Of a stretch of 18,891 nucleotides of DNA, positions 1-8,728 are shown in pieces (the stretch's first letter is position 1; each line of letters opens with the position of its first letter). The DNA comes from Amoeboradix gromovi X-113. Lineage: Eukaryota > Fungi > Sanchytriomycota. Position numbers and translations under genes: made by a program. Where the stretch lies: positions 1-18,891 of the forward strand of contig JADGIF010000118.1 in assembly GCA_018985225.1 (NCBI GenBank). Reading direction: 5' to 3'. Under the pieces are notes generated by a model that was not told the origin of the DNA, did no database searches, and saw only the letters and a list, made by a program, of their open reading frames with translations.

Positions 1-36
1 GTTCTTTCTGGATAGTTCTTAAATGAAAATATACCC

Positions 37-140
37 TATTATGAATCAGTATTATGAATCAGTACTATGAATCAGTATTATGAATTAGTATTATGAATCA
101 GTACTATGAATTAGCTCTATGAATTGGTATTATGAATCAG
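37..140. repeat. Minisatellite, 8 x 13 bp (consensus TATTATGAATCAG)
   Basis: Units start at 37, 50, 63, 76, 89, 102, 115 and 128. Variants are TACTATG..., ...GAATTAG and one more diverged unit (CTCTATGAATTGG). No spacers. Confidence 0.95.
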
Positions 141-336
141 AGGTTTATTTGAAATAAAGATTGGATGAAAGAGTAAGAGAATAGCTGTACAGAATATCTA
201 TTTTTGAAATTTCGATACAAAAAGTTATTTATTTTCCTTTCATACTCGTCAACTCCTCAACTAGCTGAATGTCCACTCGCCTCTAAAATCCATAAAGTAA
301 TAAAGCTGAAATAATGTTCCTAGTTGTTACAGAAAG

Positions 337-363
337 AGTCCAGTTTTTATATTTGATGTCCCA
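337..363 (-). repeat. Short copy of dispersed repeat end motif TGGGACAYCAAATATAAAAACTRGACT
   Basis: Reverse complement TGGGACATCAAATATAAAAACTGGACT matches 18642-18668 at 25/27 nt. Confidence 0.8.
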
Positions 364-558
364 ATTGGTAAAAAGAAAAATTACTAAGGGTTTTTCCCGT
401 TTGAGAATTCTAGAAATGGAGTAGCTTCATTGGAATTTTTCATGTAATCACCATAAATGGTTGATTCCACTAAATTTGAAGGTGCAAGCAGCGCAATCTC
501 ATTACCCAATCAGTTGAACAAGCAGTTTTAATAAAGACTAGAGATGGAAGTTCTAAAC

Positions 559-837
559 ATGAAATTTCAATCTATCTTCGTGCTAATGATGACAGCCAGT
601 GCTACTGGAAACTGCAGAAAAGAATACTTGAGCTGGAAAAATGCAGAGAAAAGCGATAAACCGCCTCTCTACACGGCATATTTTACTTGCCGCAAAAATA
701 AGTGCAAGAAGCAGAGAAAGCACTTGAAATTTGTTAAAAAATCGAAATGCCGGCTGTTTGAAGGTTGTCATACACCCCAAATACTAACTAATGCGATAAA
801 ATCTTTGCAAGTATGCAATGGTATGATCGCAGCGTAG
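559..837 (+). CDS. Small, basic, cysteine-rich putative secreted protein
   Basis: From the ATG at 559 there is a signal-peptide-like N-terminus (MKFQSIFVLMMTASATG), 6 Cys and many Lys. AATAAA lies about 25 nt after the stop. An upstream in-frame ATG at 544 is an alternative start. Confidence 0.6.
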   Translation: MKFQSIFVLMMTASATGNCRKEYLSWKNAEKSDKPPLYTAYFTCRKNKCKKQRKHLKFVKKSKCRLFEGCHTPQILTNAIKSLQVCNGMIAA

Positions 838-1008
838 ATTTAACTTATGTTCAGTCTATATAAATAAATCATCTATTTATTTAGTGAGCTTTACTTTTTG
901 AAAGTGCTCAATATATGAGTTGCGTTCTTCTGGTGAAGCATTAAAGCATCACTAAAACTAAGAGAGATCACGACCACACAATTAAAATATTTCTTGAGAT
1001 TTTCTCCA

Positions 1009-1200
1009 ATGGAACAGCAACTTTTACGCGGGGGACGATATATCTTTTTAGCGAGCGGATTTGTTTATGGCTATTTCAATCATGAACTGAAGCAATACAA
1101 TTCCAACCAAAATTCTAAAAAACAGCATTACCTTAACAAAGTTCAAGAAATTGAGGCCGCTCTTGTTACTGATGAGTTCAAATTTAATTTTTCAGAATAA
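1009..1200 (+). CDS. ATP21: Mitochondrial ATP synthase subunit e (Tim11/Atp21-like)
   Basis: 63 aa from ATG 1009 (the track start at 994 is a TTG). The RYxxLxxGxxYG transmembrane segment with GxxxG is followed by a short coiled coil (QHYLNKVQEIEAA), the layout of fungal subunit e. Confidence 0.7.
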   Translation: MEQQLLRGGRYIFLASGFVYGYFNHELKQYNSNQNSKKQHYLNKVQEIEAALVTDEFKFNFSE

Positions 1201-1275
1201 ATAACTGCTCGGTAAAAAGGAGTACTTTCGACATTTTTCGCCAATCATTTCCACTTTGCCCATTTAAAACCAGTA

Positions 1276-2457
1276 ATGAGTTCATCAGTCATGACGGCTT
1301 CTCCAGAAACTTTTTTGTTCACCAGCGAATCCGTAGGAAGAGGGCACCCTGATAAGATCTGTGATCAGATTAGTGACGCCATCCTGGACGCTTGCTTACG
1401 TGAAGATCCTTACAGTAAAGTTGCTTGTGAGACATGCACCAAAACTGGAATGGTTATGGTTCTTGGTGAAATAAACACTAAAGCTAAGCTAGACTACCAG
1501 AAGATTATCAGAGGCGTTATTAGGGATATCGGATATACCGATTCCAGCCAAGGATTTGACTACAAGACCTGCAATGTGTTGGTTGCTATTGAAGAACAGT
1601 CTGCTGATATATCTCAAGGTCTTGTTCAGCAAGGGTTTGACATTGAAAAAATCGGTGCCGGGGACCAGGGAATCATGTTTGGCTATGCTACTGATGAGAC
1701 TCCAGAGCTAATGCCCTTGTCAATTACATTGGCTCACAAATTGAACATGCAGTTGGAGAAATGTAGAGTTGATAAATCTGTTCCTTACCTTCTTCCGGAC
1801 ACCAAGACACAGGTTACTGTTGAGTACACTATGGAAAATGGTGCTTGTGTTCCTTTGAGAGTGGATGCTATTGTTATTTCCACTCAGCACACCGATACTG
1901 TGCTTGTCGAGAAGTTGAGACAAGATTTATTGGAATTTGTCGTAAAGCCTGTTGTCCCTGCAAAGTACTTGGATGCCAAGACAAAGTACCACTTGCAACC
2001 GTCTGGTAGATTTGTAATCGGAGGCCCACAGGGAGATGCTGGATTGACTGGCAGAAAAATTATTGTTGATACTTATGGTGGCTGGGGAGCGCATGGAGGA
2101 GGTGCTTTCAGCGGTAAAGACTGGTCCAAAGTAGATCGATCAGCTGCTTATGCTGCAAGACATGTTGCTAAGTCGATTGTACACTGTAAACTAGCTAAGA
2201 GATGTCTAGTGCAGGTATCATATGCAATAGGAGTAGCAGAACCGGTGAGTATTTTTATAGATACTTACGGTACTTCAAAGTATTCGAATAAACAACTTCT
2301 GGCATCAGTGTTGAAGAGTTACGATTTAAGACCAGGTAAGATTGTTCAGGACTTTGGTCTTACAAAACCTATCTATCAAAAAACAGCAGCATACGGTCAC
2401 TTTGGAAGAGAAGAGTTTCCTTGGGAGTGCAATTTGAGAGACCTGAAGATTGATTGA
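1276..2457 (+). CDS. SAM2: S-adenosylmethionine synthetase
   Basis: Motifs [15 protein letters not shown], GAGDQG and GGGAFSGKD; eukaryote-type [14 protein letters not shown]; intronless, 393 aa. Confidence 0.98.
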   Translation: MSSSVMTASPETFLFTSESVGRGHPDKICDQISDAILDACLREDPYSKVACETCTKTGMVMVLGEINTKAKLDYQKIIRGVIRDIGYTDSSQGFDYKTCNVLVAIEEQSADISQGLVQQGFDIEKIGAGDQGIMFGYATDETPELMPLSITLAHKLNMQLEKCRVDKSVPYLLPDTKTQVTVEYTMENGACVPLRVDAIVISTQHTDTVLVEKLRQDLLEFVVKPVVPAKYLDAKTKYHLQPSGRFVIGGPQGDAGLTGRKIIVDTYGGWGAHGGGAFSGKDWSKVDRSAAYAARHVAKSIVHCKLAKRCLVQVSYAIGVAEPVSIFIDTYGTSKYSNKQLLASVLKSYDLRPGKIVQDFGLTKPIYQKTAAYGHFGREEFPWECNLRDLKID

Positions 2458-2529
2458 GTATTTAATAAATGACTATAAAATCAATTTTAAATTTAAAGCA
2501 CCTAAAGCAATAATATAATCTAACCGAAT

Positions 2530-3942
2530 TTATTGCTTATAATAATCTGCCGATTGATTCGTACGTGACATCCCTGTAGAAGGTTTAGAAGTTGTAGAAT
2601 GCTGATTGAAAGATCTAGACAGTGTTGATTTCCAACCACGACGTAAGGGTGCTTTTCGTATGATATAATTCAGGAAAAAAGAGCTAATCATCCATCGAAC
2701 TATAGCATTGATCCATTGTGTTACAGTAAACGAGAACACCGGAATTTGATAAGTGAATTTGGAATCAAGCTCGGACTCGTAGAAGTCAGTGTCTACAGCT
2801 TCAGGGTATGTAGAGCGTTTTAATGATGACTTAGGTATTGTTGTTCGATACTGATAAAAGCTTGTTATCAAGCTTGATCTTTTTTTAGAACTGCTTGAAA
2901 TTATTGGTATTGAAGCACTTGTTAGAGTATAACTAGGAGACACGGTAATGCTATTTTCAAAGTTCAAGCTCTCTTTATATGATGCAATAATGCTTTGAGT
3001 ATCTTCTAAATTTATGGTGTTAAAGTCACTAAGTGCCTCCTTGCTTGTATAGACGCTTGCAACGCTGTTGTATGACATAGATATAGTCAGCTTAGAGCTA
3101 GTGCTTCTTGTAATTGGGAGACCGGCTGCACTGTACAGACCGGTCTTGGTGCAACCTGTGAGGTTTCCAATATTCGGATTCCCTAACAATGGATTGAAAG
3201 AAAGATCGCAGGTTGTTAATCGACTTGAATCATAGATAACAACATCCGCAATCCAATTGTAGTTGATAGAAACGGCCGTTGGACTCTGTAGAGTTATGGA
3301 GCCACTAAAATGATTTCCAGAGTATGAGGTTAAGCCCAAATAAAGAGAAGTTGTGGTTCTCGGAATGTTCGTTATATCACCTGTCAAATAGTTGCTGTAG
3401 AGCCAAAGAGTCTGTAGGTTTTTCGGAAATTTGTTAGGAACTGTGCCGTTCATGTTATTTTGATACAAATATATTTGTGTTGTGCTGTCTGGAAAAATTG
3501 GAAGATCTCCAGTTATTCTATTGGAGTAACACCAAAAAACTGCCAAATTTGGAGGCATTAGTTTGGGTAAATTCCCTGAGACAAGGTTGGTCTGCAAATA
3601 AAAGTTTGTTAAACTTTTTGGAAGAGTGCTTGGAAAGCTTCCGCCTACTTTGTTTTTACCCAATGCCATATATGTAACCGTATCAGGTATAGCAGTGCCA
3701 TTTATAAATCCATCCAATTCTCCAAAACCGTAACTAGCACCCCACTTGATCTCAGTAACTGAGTTTGATTCTACGCAAGTAATGCTAGTTGATAAACAGC
3801 AGTCAAATAGCAGATCATCATATTCATTTGGATATTTTATATCCATTCTTAAACCTTTTGCGAGGTTTACAATGTCTTGGCACTGATCTATAACTGCAAA
3901 TACGTTTAAATAGTATAACATAGAAGCTGAAGCACTGACCAT
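2530..3942 (-). CDS. Leucine-rich-repeat surface/receptor-like protein with Ser/Thr-rich stalk
   Basis: About six 21-22-aa repeats of type PxxLxxLxLxxNxxsGxxP, a Cys-containing N-cap, an S/T-rich stalk, a weakly hydrophobic segment (VFSFTVTQWINAIVRWMISSFFLNYII) and a basic tail. Confidence 0.8.
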   Translation of the reverse strand: MVSASASMLYYLNVFAVIDQCQDIVNLAKGLRMDIKYPNEYDDLLFDCCLSTSITCVESNSVTEIKWGASYGFGELDGFINGTAIPDTVTYMALGKNKVGGSFPSTLPKSLTNFYLQTNLVSGNLPKLMPPNLAVFWCYSNRITGDLPIFPDSTTQIYLYQNNMNGTVPNKFPKNLQTLWLYSNYLTGDITNIPRTTTSLYLGLTSYSGNHFSGSITLQSPTAVSINYNWIADVVIYDSSRLTTCDLSFNPLLGNPNIGNLTGCTKTGLYSAAGLPITRSTSSKLTISMSYNSVASVYTSKEALSDFNTINLEDTQSIIASYKESLNFENSITVSPSYTLTSASIPIISSSSKKRSSLITSFYQYRTTIPKSSLKRSTYPEAVDTDFYESELDSKFTYQIPVFSFTVTQWINAIVRWMISSFFLNYIIRKAPLRRGWKSTLSRSFNQHSTTSKPSTGMSRTNQSADYYKQ

Positions 3943-4461
3943 GGTTTATACCGATTTTAAATAATTTGATTGGCGAGTAGCAAATTGCTTCTGGAATCGC
4001 AGGTGGCGACCAATCATTTCATCCAAAATCTCAGGTATGTGAGCTTCTTTGTAAAGCAAACAAATTTTTCACTTATATTCCCTATTCGAGTCCAACGACA
4101 GATGTCTTGTACTTTCTGAGTTCTAGAAGCTATGTTCTGAGCAACATGGTGTATTAGAAAACTCTTAACATCGACTACGAAACTACATAAATCGAATAAG
4201 CGATAAAAAGCTTAAACGCTGCTGAGGTGATTGCAAATTTCCATGATTCTGAGTGTTTGGATATTCGCAATGCACTCGACTTTTATGAACGTCGGAAATT
4301 CTTTTCCAATTATTGTACAAGACGCGGCAGAAGCCGTTGGTTTTATCTTGCTGCTTGAACCTTTCCAATTGTTTAATCGTATGCGGTGGTGGCATTATGT
4401 TATTCGTTTAAATGTTAATTAGAATTTCCTGGCACTTGTCTAATTTGATTGAATAAACACC

Positions 4462-4491
4462 TGGGACACTAAATATAAAAACTAGACTAAC
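4462..4491 (+). repeat. Truncated copy of dispersed repeat end
   Basis: TGGGACACTAAATATAAAAACTAGACTAAC is 29/30 identical to 18642-18671. It is followed by CTTCTGATA, which also occurs about 57 nt further into the 18642 copy, suggesting an internal deletion. Confidence 0.85.
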
Positions 4492-4572
4492 CTTCTGATA
4501 CAGTCTGAATCATTATATCAAGTGTGTGTTAACCAATAGTAAATTAAATTAAATTAATCTGACTGGTTGTAT

Positions 4573-4767
4573 CTTTTGCTTAGATATTCAATGACCTCAT
4601 ATATTTGAAAGAGATAGTGGGTCATCTTGTTTTATTTTAAAGAGGGGAATGACATTAATGAAAGAAAATTGGTTTGAAAGAAGGACTTTTATTAATAATA
4701 GTATTTCCTCCTTATGGAGTACCTACTTTAAAAACGACTTGGTCTAGTTTTTATATTTGTAGTTCCA
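4573..4767 (-). repeat. ~200-bp dispersed repeat (inverted copy of 18642-18839), upstream of Fanzor remnant A
   Basis: Reverse complement aligns collinearly to 18642-18839 at roughly 80% identity with one 3-nt gap (hand alignment). Confidence 0.9.
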
Positions 4768-4863
4768 TTTACTCTGATTACACGAAATTTGGAACTCCAA
4801 TATAAACTCTTTCTAGAGTGGTCTTATTAATTTAAAAACTAGGTAAAATATCTTCTCATCAAT

Positions 4864-5146
4864 TTCAATCGGCTCCAGATTATTGCAGCTAAATATGCGA
4901 AACCTAAAAATATCACAAAGCATAGAGAATATACTCTTCAATCCGATGACAGATGACGGCCTAAAATGGAATAAGGTCCAAAGAAAGTGAGGGACATTGG
5001 CGGAACGTAATGGTGTATTCAATGCTCCAACATGTACAAGCGGTAAAGAAAAGTAACATGGTGAAGCATATGCATAAACTGTCGGTTGGATGCCGATAGA
5101 GAACATTAGATAGAAAGAATTATATAATTGGAATTTATGCATCTTG
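4864..5146 (+). pseudogene. Heavily decayed Fanzor2/TnpB-like nuclease C-terminal remnant (copy A)
   Basis: Collinear blocks separated by frameshifts match the 17.4-17.8 kb copy: FNRLQII (4864-4884) vs FNTSQMI; TLAERNGVFNAPTC (4994-5035) vs TMVECNESFTSQTC; CINCRLDADREH (5071-5106) vs CTNSHLKIDRDH. Stops are present and catalytic residues are changed (E to G, D to E). Confidence 0.75.
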
Positions 5147-5264
5147 TTCAATCTCTTCTAAGTGCAGTGAAAGCGCGAGGCAATTACCGTAGAAAATAGA
5201 CAGGCTCTGTCTGTGTTCCTGGATGATTCTCCAAGCGACCATCATTCTAATGAAAACAAGTTAA
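5147..5264 (+). ncRNA. Putative Fanzor omegaRNA scaffold remnant (copy A)
   Basis: 5147-5191 matches the reverse complement of 17473-17516 at 34/45 columns and lies 40 nt (vs 41 nt) after the DR[DE]H codons. It is followed by hairpins at 5196-5214 and 5221-5247. Confidence 0.55.
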
Positions 5265-5856
5265 TGATAGATTTTCGATGCGGCAACAGAGCCATCTACC
5301 CAGTAAACAAATTATCTTTTTTCAGTTCGTCCATTTTCTTTCTTTTTGTTGATCCGCAAGTGTTATAAATTAAGAATAAACAAGCGCGGCTCTAAAGGAA
5401 TGAAGGACTCAAATTAAGACAACTGCGAAGGTGCATCAGCAAACATTGTAGCATTATACAGACGTAATGAATTTTTCATCAGCATATCCATTCGATTAAA
5501 TAGCCGTTTATGTAATTTGAGGCTAAAAAAATCAAATTATTTGTACTTGTGTATTTGTGATATTAATACCTAGCATAAAGAAACTTGGCAAGTACAAATT
5601 AGGACGGAAGCATTAAAAATTAGATTAGTATTAAGAAACCATGCATATCGGAGAACTCAAGATTTAACTATCACTAGGAGCTCTGACTTCATAAGATTTT
5701 TACACAGGTACGCTGCCATACCATTCCCAGTTAGGAATACAAGACATACGAAAACGCATAGAGAAGGAGTATAAAATTTAGCGTAGTGATCCAATCATTA
5801 ACATGCCAAATATGTAAGCGAGTTATATTAGGATTTGACGACATGGCTAAGAAAAT

Positions 5857-6186
5857 TTATTCTTGATATAGATCTTCTTCGGCATCTTCAGTGTCTTCCT
5901 CAGATTCAACAAGATCTAAGTCTGACATGAGATTTATCAAATTGTACGACTTGCAGTACCTTACTAGATACTCGCGAATGTCGGCACTCTGGTCCTCATT
6001 AAGTAGCTTTTTAATTTCATAGTACAGCTCGGCCACAATGTTATTCCAGTTTGATATTTCAGACTCTACTTGAGACTGTTCAAAGTTAGATAATCTCGCA
6101 ACCTCTGTAATTTTTCCTTGCAGCTGAGTGATTGACTTTTTTAAACTAGATATTTCTCTTTTCTGTTTTACTAAAATAGAAGACAT
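5857..6186 (-). CDS. Small coiled-coil protein with acidic tail, possibly Sfr1/Mei5-like
   Basis: 109 aa from ATG 6186 (the track start at 6195 is a TTG). Coiled coil followed by EISNWNNIVAELYYEI, reminiscent of the Sfr1/Mei5 LIxKWxxxxQxxLYEL segment. Stop overlaps AATAAA. Family call is tentative. Confidence 0.6.
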   Translation of the reverse strand: MSSILVKQKREISSLKKSITQLQGKITEVARLSNFEQSQVESEISNWNNIVAELYYEIKKLLNEDQSADIREYLVRYCKSYNLINLMSDLDLVESEEDTEDAEEDLYQE

Positions 6187-6225
6187 ATCAGACAAATGGG
6201 GCTGGAATTATTAAATCTTTTATAA

Positions 6226-8539
6226 ATGGAGGAGAGAGTGAAGCTAAGCAGGTCCAACACTTCCAGTACTAATACACGTAACCGTAGATCAGTAACAAAT
6301 CCTGATGATACGACTCCACTTCAGAAGAGAACACTAGATTTAGATTTAAAATTAAACCTTGGTTCCCTGGAAGATGATATGCTTAATTTCCTAAAAACTT
6401 CTACAGATGTATCTCCAAAGACTGCTAGAGCTGAGGAAATGGAAGAGCTAAAGCGCGATTTATCAAAATCTCGAGCTCATGTGTTAGAACTGCAGGATCA
6501 GCTTAAAAGATTAAAAGATATCAGCAAAAGAGCTCTGCTCGATTTTGATCATTTTAAACAGACAGTTGAATTTGATAAGGTCAAACTTAAGGAAGCCTTA
6601 TTTACCATTGACAATTTGAGAAGAAACCAATACGATTTAGAGGAATACAATAATTTGATTGCTGGAAAAATATATTTGGAAAAACAACTTTTGGATATGA
6701 GAGAAGATGTAATGTATTCTATCCAGTCAAAAGGTTTAATCGAAAAACAACTGGAGGAGTCAAGGCATGTTATACAGTCACTTGAAGAGCAGGTTTCCAA
6801 TTACAAAAACGCAGCGGAGAGTGAAAACAAAAATAAACAACAAATTAATTCTTTTAATTCTGAAATCGGAAAAGAATTAAAACAGTTGACATTGGCCAAA
6901 AAAGAACTAGAAAATTCGCTGCAAATGCATCTTGATAAGTTATCGCGTGTGCAATTACAGCTGTCTACTTTGGATACCGAACTAATTCGAGTAACGAAGG
7001 AGTTAGAAAAAGAGAAATCAGAACGTAAAATAGAATTTGAAAAAAACAGGGCTTTAGAAACTACTTTAAACGCCTTGAAAAAGCAGCTAGAAACAGTTCA
7101 AGTTGCAAAAGAGGATAAATGTACAGAACTAGCAGGTATTAAACTGAAATATGAGCTACTTATTGGGGATTTGCATGTAAAAGTGTCTGAAATCGAAAAG
7201 CTGAAGTCAGATGTAGAATATGAAAAGACTATCAGAGTTGCCTCTGAAAAGCAAGCAAGAATAGTTCAGGATTTACTAACGCGAGTAACCTCGGGTCAGG
7301 AAGTCTCTGCGAATGCCGAAATACCCAAAATATTTGAAACATTGAATTTGTTTGAACAACAAAAAGTTGCGCTTGGGATTGAAATCAAAGCACTCAATAA
7401 TGATAAATATTGTGTAATGGCAGAGATAAACGACAAGGTTAAAGAGTATGAAGTTGTGAAATTTAAACAGGATGATTTGCTGAAATTTAAAAACGCAATC
7501 GGATCCAAATCTTCCATTTCGAATGAATTTACAGATAGCGCCTCTCGTACAGAGGGATTAGTTACTGAAATAAAGATATCAAATGATAATTTGTCGTCAA
7601 ATACTAATATTTCGTATGATGATAAAGGAAAGAAACTGGAAAAAGAGAATTGGAGGGAAAAAGCCAACAATCTGATTAAGAAGAGCAACAAAACTGATGA
7701 AGAACCTGCCAATGAGACAGAAACCGGCTTAGGAAGAAACAAAACAATTAGAATTCTGGGTGATGGTACTGCTAGAGCTAAACAACTTAAAAACATGACT
7801 TTGAACAAGCTGAAGAAACCAAAAGCGTTTCTTTTTGGAGGGCTACTGCAAGAAAGGGCGGATTCTGAGGGCAAGGCGGTTCCAAAAATAGTTACGTCAT
7901 GTATTAAAGTTGTGGATCAAAAGGGACTGCGAACAGAAGGCATTTATAGAAGGGCTGGTGCAATGAAGGAAATGAAAAACATGCAAGATGAATGGGAACA
8001 GGGAACCTCAATAGATATGGCCCATGATTTGATTGATGTGTTGTCTGTGTCTTCCTTACTGAAGGCATATTTTAGAGATTTGAAGGTACCTCTTATACCT
8101 ATAGATGTATACGAATCTTGTGTGTCGATAATGAAGGAGCCAAAATTAAATGACCATCATTTAGCTACCTGCAAATCAAACTTAAAGAAATTGTTCCCTG
8201 CGCATTATAATACGCTTTACTATTTAATACAACACTTGCAACGGTATATTAAATTTATTTAGTGTCTCCGCATTTGAAGAATACAATAAAATGAGCCCTA
8301 GAAACATAGGAATCGTTTTTGGTCCTACTTTGATAAAGCTCAAGGATGATCCACAGAGTTTCTTTGATAACCAGCCAAATGATTTTGTAACATTTCTGAT
8401 TGAGAATTTTGATAAACTATTTGATATTAAAGAAATTATTCCCATAAAAGAAGGTAGCTCTGAAGACAACATTTATGAACTAAGACCACCACATATCAAC
8501 GAAGGTAGAAGGCCAAGCAGCGTAAGTGAGCCAAAATAA
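6226..8539 (+). CDS. Coiled-coil RhoGAP protein, join(6226..8243,8263..8539), 764 aa
   Basis: Long coiled coil, then a RhoGAP domain (LFGxxL, VPxIVxxCI, EGIYR arginine finger, SLLKAYFRDLxxPL). Removing 8244-8262 gives HLQRVSAFEEYNKMSPRNIGIVFGPTL and joins the two track ORFs. Confidence 0.92.
8244..8262 (+). other. 19-nt GT-AG spliceosomal intron (phase 2)
   Basis: GTATATTAAATTTATTTAG. Excision gives CG|T = Arg and restores the frame and the normal HLxRV...NKM spacing of RhoGAP. Confidence 0.85.
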
Positions 8540-8728
8540 TAAACTTTTAAATACTCATTAACGACTGTACCATGAGGACAGCACTCTCAAATTTGACAAC
8601 CAGCTTTGGCTTCAACATGTAGAGAAAATCGTCGGTCTGCGCATAATATTTGAGGTAGGTCAGATAGAGCATTGCGTATCAACATGCAATTTTACAGGTA
8701 AATTCCTCAACTATGAAGTAGGCCAAGT

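Noticed and set aside
37-140. CRISPR array or telomeric repeat
   Set aside because: Contiguous 13-bp units with no spacers, no cas genes, eukaryotic context, and no G-rich strand.
4036-4057. GTATGT…AAAG as another tiny (22-nt) intron
   Set aside because: Good donor site, but no identifiable reading frame is restored by removing it.
4813-5151. 112-aa minus-strand track ORF
   Set aside because: TTG start, no recognisable protein, and antisense to Fanzor remnant A.
8291-8539. 82-aa ORF as a separate gene
   Set aside because: It is the second exon of the RhoGAP gene.
8547-8672. 41-aa minus-strand ORF MLYLTYLKYYAQTDDF…
   Set aside because: Short, with no recognisable homology or poly(A) signal at the stop; compatible with chance.
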